A DNA stretch of 64,000 bases, from NCBI RefSeq assembly GCF_009914755.1, contig NC_060944.1; one strand, written 5' to 3'. Made by a program: the position numbers and the translations under genes. Of the stretch, positions 50,534-64,000 are shown piece after piece. How positions within the stretch are numbered: position 1 is the stretch's first letter; every line of letters starts with the position of its first letter. The notes below the pieces were generated by a model, which worked only from the letters and a program-made list of their open reading frames with translations, ran no database searches and was not told the origin of the DNA. The stretch is from the human T2T-CHM13v2.0 reference genome, Homo sapiens.

Positions 50534-53416
50534 GTAGTTTAACAATCTCTATTTCCTTTCAAACCTCGTTTGACTGCCATTCCAGTCAAATTCACAGGCA
50601 ATTAAACTTCCTCCTGCATCTCGGAGCAGGCCTCTGCATCATCGTTTCTCCTCTGCAAGTGTATCTTCTTCGGGCACGTGGGAAGGTCTTAGTGCACCTG
50701 CGGTATTTAGGGACTTGATCCTCTTTCCTCTTTGTTGTCAAAGTTGTGGTTTGCTGAAGTCAGGACAGAGTCTGATTATGACATGTTAGCAATCGTCACA
50801 TCTCATGTTTAAGTAAGTATACTTTTATGCAGTTTGAGCTCTCATTCATGTCATTTATTAATTTGTTCATTTGTTAACACATTCATTTGTGGAGCATTTG
50901 GCCTATAAAAGAGATGAAATCCTTCCTTACCATTAAGGGAGGAGAGAAAACAAAATGCACAGAGACACATGCTTGGTTTTGTATAACTTTGACGGTTTCT
51001 AAAATAAAATAAGGTCTAACTTGGAAAATCAAAACCTATCACTGAGATATTTTCATAATCTAAAAAGTCAGTTTCAAAAGAACTTCCAAAATGTTTTAAA
51101 AAATGTCTATCCTTTAGAATAATGATACAGCATTCCAAGGTTTTAATGTTCAACCAGCATTTATTACCACCTGCTGGGTGCCTGAGGCAGGACATTTGTA
51201 ATGAGAGCCACAAACATGAATTGAAAAAACTGCTGCCCATAGGTTCACAGTTCCTGTCAAAGCATAGAGCCCCCTGTAGATAGAGCCCCCTGTATGAGAT
51301 GCCCTGTGTTCTGGACGAGAAGATACACTAGGTCTGCAGATATATCTGGTAGGCAGAACAGGAAAGGTGTCACTGAGGGGGTGCTATGTGAGTTAGTTGT
51401 GAAAAATGAGTACGGGTTTATGAGGCAGATATGAGAGGCACTTTGTTGAAGTTACAACTCCTACCAGGCACTCGTTTGAATTTTCTGTTTCATTTGCTCT
51501 TTGGAGGTTGCTTGTTGGTACACTTACATCTTTTATGCCAGTCTTAAAAGAGAGGAGTGTGTGTGTGTGTGTCTGTGTTCAGTATTTTTCGCAGAGTTTC
51601 TTTGTGTTTCCAAGCTTACTTTAGAGCTGAAGGTTGTCAGAGTTCTCATAACAAATTCGTGATTGAACTAAATTCCAACCTGCCACCTCTGGCGTTGGAG
51701 ACTTACGGCACCTCAGTGCATTCATGGGGTGTGCTCTACTCTCTACCTTCGTGATTTATTTAAAGACCAAATCATAATGAATAACGTTTCTTAGGCTTAA
51801 ACCCATAGCAGGAGTAGGAAATAGTTCAAACCTTCTGACTTACATGAAAAAATACAATCTTCAAAAACTACTGTTTTCTAATCTGCATGAATGTACTGAA
51901 CTCGTTGCCGCCTTTATTTAAATGTGATGTATCAAAAGTGCTTTGTAAACTCTTAAATTAAAATGTTGATATTGTTATAGATATACTTTATTAAATACTG
52001 GATAATGATTTTATAAGCTACAGGGTGTTTAACTGTGAAATTATTCTAAAATATGTAGAAAAAATTTGGAATAATCTTCCCATTTTGAACACAATGATTG
52101 GTTAAGTTCCCTTGATTTATATGTTTGTATACTGAGGATTCTCAATTGAGTGAACTAGTGTCTTTGCAATATAGTAAGATTTTGGTACAGTTTTTAATTT
52201 ATCAAGGAAAAGGCTAGATAAGTAGGATCTCATTTGTTTCATAGATCATTATTTGAAGGATGATTTAAGACCATAGGAAATACTGACTCACCTTTTCTAA
52301 AAAGACAACTGATTTTCTTATGCTTTTAAGTTCAAATTTATCTTGTCTCCTTTTGATTAATTAAAACAACACTTATCAAAAACCTTAACAGAAAATATTA
52401 TTTATTGAATCAGAAGAGAAACAGGAAATACTGTGCTTTCTTGAGCCTGTTTCCTATACCCCAGTATCATAAGAATTGTTGTTGCTTCTATAATGTTCAG
52501 CTGCAAATTATTTTGCTTGATCAATCAAAATGAATTACCTGAATTTTCTCCTCTTGTTCAAAATGGAACCACATTCATCCACCTACCCCTAGCCCTAGGA
52601 CTGTTTCTTTCATTCCGATAGTTTGTGATATCCTTGACTTCACAGAAGAAAGCTGTGAGACTCCCAAACCCCTTCACTCAGGTCCCGTGGGGCCTGCCCT
52701 CTAAAGTCTCTTCAGTCTTCTTTCTTTGAATGTTCATGGCCACCTTGTCGTTTAGACTCTTATCCCTGACTGTAAGAGATCTCTCGGGTCTTACTGCCTG
52801 TGGTCATGCCTAATTTGTACCCTTCCTAAAATGTGATGTGGTCATGTCACTGCCTTGCTTAGAAGCCCTGCACTGGCTTCCAACACGTGCAGAATCAAGT
52901 GCTTGCTGTTTAACATTGTCTACCCAGTCCTCCAGATTTTGGCTTCCAGTTATTTTCTCAGCCTCAAAAAAAGCACCTCGCTCTCCAAATATATCAAATA
53001 GCTTGTGCCCTCCTGCCTCCTGTTCACACCTCCATTCCTTCCCCTCTACCTGGATGCTCCTCCCTTCATCCGCCCCCCCGCTGTAAGCTCCCATGGATTC
53101 ACTTTGGACCTCCCGTCTCTCACTCCTGGCTTCTGTCTGTCTACCTGTCTTGACCGGCCATTTGCACTGCCTCTGGCTTATCTGCCTCATTCTCGTCGAC
53201 AGTGTTATTTATTAGCTTCATATCTACTGGTTCTCTCAATTATCTCTCAGCCTCCCCACACCAGGCTCCTTGCCCCGTATTTATAAGCTGCTATTGGCGT
53301 GAGGGTGACTGTGCCTTTCTAATAAAACTATTTTAAAGACTGATAGTTACAAAGGTATAGTAGAAAAGAAATGAATTTTCCTTTGAGTGTATTTCACCAT
53401 ATCTAGTGATCCATGA

Positions 53417-54094
<678 letters not shown>

Positions 54095-54329
54095 TGAACT
54101 TAGGCTTTCATCTTTATTAAGATATTTGGGATCTCTGCAAGTATTCTGAATTTTAAATGGCATTCAATGATTTGATAAAATAGGAAATTTGTTTTACTCT
54201 GAACTGGGTAGTGTTTCAGCAACTGGCTACTGTGTCATTATTTCTATAAATTCAAAATGTAGAAGGAACATTTACCTTTTAACTGTTCTCAACCGTTTTT
54301 CTTGGTGCACTCATGCCTCTGTGATCTCA

Positions 54330-55300
54330 TGAAGCCCAATGGCATTAAATTCCATGTATATGTGCATGGTCCAAGAACACATATTTCCAGCTCCTACCTC
54401 TCCTCTAAAATTTAGACTCATATCTAATTATCTGCCGATTATCACCACTTGGAAGACTAATAGACAACTCAACTATCACACATCCATAAGGGAATTATTG
54501 ATCCTCCACCTTCAACCTCTGGGCCCAACACTCCTCAGTCTTCTCTGACTCAGTAAATAGCACCTCCAGCGTACCAGCCGTTAGGCCAGAAAACTTGTCT
54601 TGACCCCTCTTTGTTTCTTACACCTCATATCAGCATACACTGTTGAACTGTATTAAGAATCTGAGCTTCCCTTGCTACACCCATTGTGTACACCCTGCTT
54701 CACTTTACGTCATTGCTTTCATGGATTATGAAAATAGCCTTCTAACTCCTCTCCCACTTTCTCTTTCTCCCTGTACTTTGTACTTCACTGAGCAACCAGA
54801 GTAAGTCTTTATTTATTTATTTATTTTTGAGACAGAGTCTCCTCTGTCTCCCAGGCTGGAGTGCAGTGGTGCAATCTGGGTTCAATACAACCGCTAACTC
54901 CTGGGTTCAAGTGATTCTCCTGCCTCAGGCTCCCAAGTAGCTGGGACTACAGGCATGCACCACCAAACCTGGCTAATTTTTGTGTTTTTAATAGAGATGT
55001 GGTTTTGCCATGTTGGCCAGGCAGGTCTTGAACCCCTGACCTCAGGTGATCCAGAGTAAGTCTTTTCAAAGCATAAGGAAAATAATGTTTTCATCTGCTT
55101 AAAACCTTCCATGGCTAGGAATGTTTTAAACCATCTTGTCCCCTGACACTTCTCTGATGTGTAGTCCAGTCAGTCTCCCCTCTATTTTGCAATCTTCAAA
55201 GACACCAGGCAGTTGTGCTTCTGCCTCAGGGCCTTTGCATGTGTGGTCCCCTTTGCTTGGAATGCTTTCTCATCAGGAATCAGCATGGCTTACTTCCTCT
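54330..55300 (+). mobile_element. L2 fragment interrupted by an Alu
   Basis: ctctcctctaaaatttagactcatatctaa...aatagccttctaact...cctcagggcctttgcatgtg. Confidence 0.7.
54811..55050 (-). mobile_element. 5'-truncated AluS
   Basis: (TTTA)n tail; perfect 15-bp TSD ccagagtaagtcttt at 54796-54810 and 55051-55065. Confidence 0.92.
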
Positions 55301-60192
<4,892 letters not shown>

Positions 60193-60194
60193 AC

Positions 60195-61360
60195 ATTCAT
60201 TTTAAGGATAAATAATATTCTGTTGTGTGTATATACCATATTTTCTTTGTCTGTTTGACTCTTAGAAGATATCTGGATTTCTTTTTAAATTTTTTACTGT
60301 AAATGATGCTGCTATAAAATTTGCTTTGAAAGTATCAGTGCATAAGTAAATACAATTTTAAAACCTGAACACATTTCTGCATGCAGTTCTTAGATTGAAT
60401 AACAGAGTCCAGACATGGTGGTTCACACCTGTAATCCCAAAACTTTGGGAGGCTGAGGCAGGCAGATCACTTAAGCTCAGGAGTTCGAGACCAGCCATGG
60501 AAACATGGCAAAACCCCATCTCTACTAAAAATTCAAAAATTAGCTGGGCATTGTGGTGCTTGCTTGTAGTCCCAGCTATTCGGTAGACTGAGGCACAAGG
60601 ATCACTTAATCCACAGAGGCAGAGTTTGCAGCTTATGTCATTGTTTTTAATTATTTTGGATACACCTGTAATTGGAACATATGGAACTGTTCCACCTGTT
60701 GTGAAACATATGGTAATTCTATGTAGAACTTTCTGATACACTGCCAATCTATTGGTCACAGTCAAAAAATCATTTTATATTCTCACCAGCCATGCACCAG
60801 GGTTTCACTTCCCCCACATCCTTGCCAATACTTGTTGTTTTTCATTTTTGTTGTTTTGGTTTTTATGTAGCCACTCTAATAGATGTAAAGTGGTAACTTG
60901 TTGTGGTTTTGTTATCCATGTCCATCATGACTGGTGATGTTGAGCATTTTTCTGTAGACTTTTTGACCCAATGTAGATACAAGTCCTCTGCCCTTTTATA
61001 AATGCTGTTGTTGTTTCGTTTTGTTGTTGAGTTTTAGAAGTTCTTTATATATCCTGCTTATTATATTTTACCTTATGTACCCAATCAGTTACATGTTTTG
61101 CAAATCTTTTCTCCCATTTGCTGGTTGTCTTTTCACTCTCTTGTTCATGCTTTTTGTATCAAATTTTAGTAGAGGTGGGGTTTTTTCTATCAAAAAACAC
61201 GAACAACAGAGTGCTTTTCATATCAAAAAATTCACATTTAAATCAAGTCCAATTTATCTGTTTTTTATTTTCTGGCCTATGCTTTTGGTGTTACAGTCAA
61301 GAAACCATCACAAAATTTAATGTTATAAGATTTTTGCTTATGCTTTTTCCTAAGAGTTTT
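60195..61360 (-). mobile_element. Older L1M 3' fragment, interrupted by a partial Alu
   Basis: aataatattctgttgtgtgtatataccatatttt...catatggtaattctatgt...cacatccttgccaatacttg. Confidence 0.75.
60407..60631 (+). mobile_element. 3'-truncated AluJb/S
   Basis: Left monomer plus part of the right arm, ending gagtttgcag with no tail. Confidence 0.85.
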
Positions 61361-61364
61361 TAAA

Positions 61365-64000
61365 GTTTAACTTTTTGAAACTTTTACAGTAAGTTCGGGT
61401 ATATGTGTGAAGGTTTGTTACACAGGTAAACATATGTCACAGGAGTTTGCTGTATAGATGATTTCATCACCCAGGTATTAAGCCCAGTACCCAGTGGCTA
61501 TCTTTTCTGCTTCTTTCCCTCCTCCCACCCTCTTACTTGAAATAGACCCCAGGGTCTACTGTTTTCCTCCTCGTGTTCATACATTCTTATTATTTAGCTC
61601 CCACTTATAAGTCAGAACATGCGATATTTGGTTTTCTCTTCCTGTGTTAGTTTGCTAAGGACAATAGTATCCAGCTACATCTATTTTCCCACAAAAGACA
61701 TAATCTCATTCTTTTTTATGGGTACATAGTATTCCATAATGTATACGTAGCACATTTGCTGTTGTGAATAGGGCTGCAGTGAACATTTGCATGCATGTGT
61801 CTTTATGGTAGAATAATTCCTATTTTTCTGGAAATATACGCAGTAATGGGATTGCGAGCAGAACTATTGAATGTTAGTTCTGCTTTTAGCTCTTTGAGGA
61901 ATTGCCAAACTGCTTTCCACAGCAGTTGAACTAATTTACACTCCCACCAACAGTGTATAAGTTCCCTTTTCTCTACAACCTCTCCAGCATTTATTGTTTG
62001 ACTATAGCCATTCTGACTAGTGTGAGATGGCATTTCATTGTGGTTTTAATTTTCATTTCTCTAACTATCATTGATGCTGAGCTTTTTCTCATACACTTGT
62101 TGGCCTCATGTATGTCTTCTTTCGAAAACTGTTCATGTCTTTGCCCACTTTTTAATGGGGTTGTTTTTCTTTTGTAAATTTAATTTCCTTATAGGTGATA
62201 GATATTAGACCTTTGTTAGATAGATAGTTTACAAATATTTTTTTCCACTCCATAGTTTTTCTGTTTACTCTGTTAATAGTTTTTTTTCTGCTATGCAAAA
62301 TCTCTTTACTTTAATTAAATCCTACCTGTTAATTTTTGCTTTTCTTGCCATTGCTTTTGGTATTTCTATCATGAAATCTTTGCCCTTTCCTATATCCAGG
62401 ATGGTATTTCCTGGATTGTCTTTCATAGTTTTTATACATAAAGATTTTACATTTAAGTCTTCAATCAGTCTTGAGTTGATTTTCTTTTTGTATATGATGT
62501 AAATAAAGGGTCCAGCTTCAATCTGCCACATATTGCCAGCCAATTATTCCAGCACCACTTATTGAATAAATAATCTTTTTCTCATTGCTTGTTTTTGTCG
62601 GCCTTGTCAATTATCACATGGGCATAGATGTGCAGCCTTGTTTCTGGGCTCTCTATTCTGCTCCATTTGTCTATGTGTCTGTTTTTGTATCAGTATTATG
62701 CTGTTTTCATTACTATAGCCCTGTAGTGTAATTTGAAGCCAGGCAACCTGATGCCTGCAGCTTTGTTCTTTTTTGCTTAGGATTGCCTTGGCTATGTGTG
62801 CTCCTTTTTGGTTTCATATATATAATTTTTTTTGATGGAATATCACTCTATCATCAGGTTTCAGTGCAGTGGTGCAATCTCAGCTCACTGCAACCTCTGA
62901 CTCCCTGGTTCAATGGATTCTCCTGCCTCAGCCTCCCGAGTAGCTGGGATTACAAGCGCTTGCCACTAGGCCCAGCTATTTTTTGTATTTTTAGTTGAGA
63001 AGGAGTTTCACCATGTTGGCCAGGATGGTTTCGATCTCCTGACCTCATGATCTGCACCCCTCGGCCTCCCAGAGTGCTGGGATTACAGGCGTGAGCCACT
63101 GCACCCAGCCTATAGGAATTTTAAAATAGTTTTTTCTAGCTCTGTAAAAAATTTTATTGGCAGTTTGATGGAAATAGCATTAAATCTGTCAATTGCTTTG
63201 TGAAGTATAGCCATTTTAGTCATATTGGATCTTCCTATCCATGAGCATGGGGTGGTTTTCCATTTGTTTGTGTCTTCTCTGATTTCTTTGAGCAGTGTTT
63301 TGTAATTCTCATTGTAGAGCTCTTTCACCTCCCTGGTGAGCTGCATTTCCAGGTATTTTATTATTTCTGTGGCAATTGTGAATGGGATGGCCTTTCTGAT
63401 TTTGCTGTCAGTGTGGTTATCATTGGTGTAGGGAAATGTTAGTGATCTTTGCACATTGATTTAGTATCTTGAAAATTCGCTGAAGTTGTTTGTTAACTAA
63501 AGAAGCTTTGTAGCTGAAACTACAGGGTTTTCTAGATATAGAATTATGTTATCTGCAAACAGAAATAGTTTGGCTTTCTCTCTTCCTATTTGGATGCTTT
63601 TTGTATTTCTTTCTCTAGCCTGATTGCCCTGGTCAGGACTTTCAATACTATGTTGAATAGAAATGGTGAGAGAGGGCATTCTTGCCTTGTGCTGGTTTTC
63701 AAAAAAAAAACGCTCCCAACTTTTGCCCATTCAACAGATTGTTGGCTGTGGGTTTGTTATACACGGCTTTTATTATTTTCTGCATCTATTGGGATAATCG
63801 TCTGTTTTTTGTTTTTAGTTCTGTTTATGTGATGTATTACATTTATTGATTTGCACATGCTGGACCAACCTTGCATCCTAAGGAGGCAGCCTACTTGATA
63901 ATGACGGATTACCTGTTTGATGTGCTGCTGGATTTGGTTTACAAATATTTTTCTGAAAACTTTTGTAATGATGTTTGTCAAGAATATTGGCCTGAAGTTT
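61365..64000 (-). mobile_element. L1PA13-16-like LINE 3' part, continuing past the window
   Basis: 3'UTR ggtttgttacacaggtaaac...catcacccaggtattaagcccagtaccc; ORF2 remnants (63110-63454; LFADN). Confidence 0.88.
62826..63110 (-). mobile_element. AluSc-like inside L1
   Basis: ggccaggatggtttcgatctcctgacctcatgatc...gagccactgcacccagcc. Confidence 0.88.

Overview
Repeat-rich primate DNA, almost certainly human: it contains an AluYa5 with all five diagnostic positions. There is no intact protein-coding gene. The left end holds a CpG-rich promoter and exon 1 of a diverged FRG1 paralogue on the minus strand, with the exon-1 splice donor reading CT instead of GT. This points to an FRG1 segmental-duplication copy rather than FRG1 itself. 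The remaining ~62 kb is upstream sequence made of L1, Alu, MaLR/ERV, L2/MIR and DNA-transposon fossils. The structures most worth a second look are: (1) a 7SL retrocopy in which one helix segment has expanded into a 9-unit minisatellite; (2) a 43-bp GATA-bearing VNTR next to a perfect NF-E2/ARE site; (3) a TSD-flanked, ORF-less 3'UTR-like retrocopy carrying the AluYa5; (4) a nested Ricksha (MULE) element with both termini, a captured ERVL piece, and a FLAM split by a full THE1; (5) two local duplications, one with a templated, scrambled junction; (6) a decayed RFX/CRE/CCAAT promoter-like module. I found no evidence for a novel protein-based system. Repeat subfamily names come from recalled consensus sequences and need RepeatMasker/Dfam confirmation.
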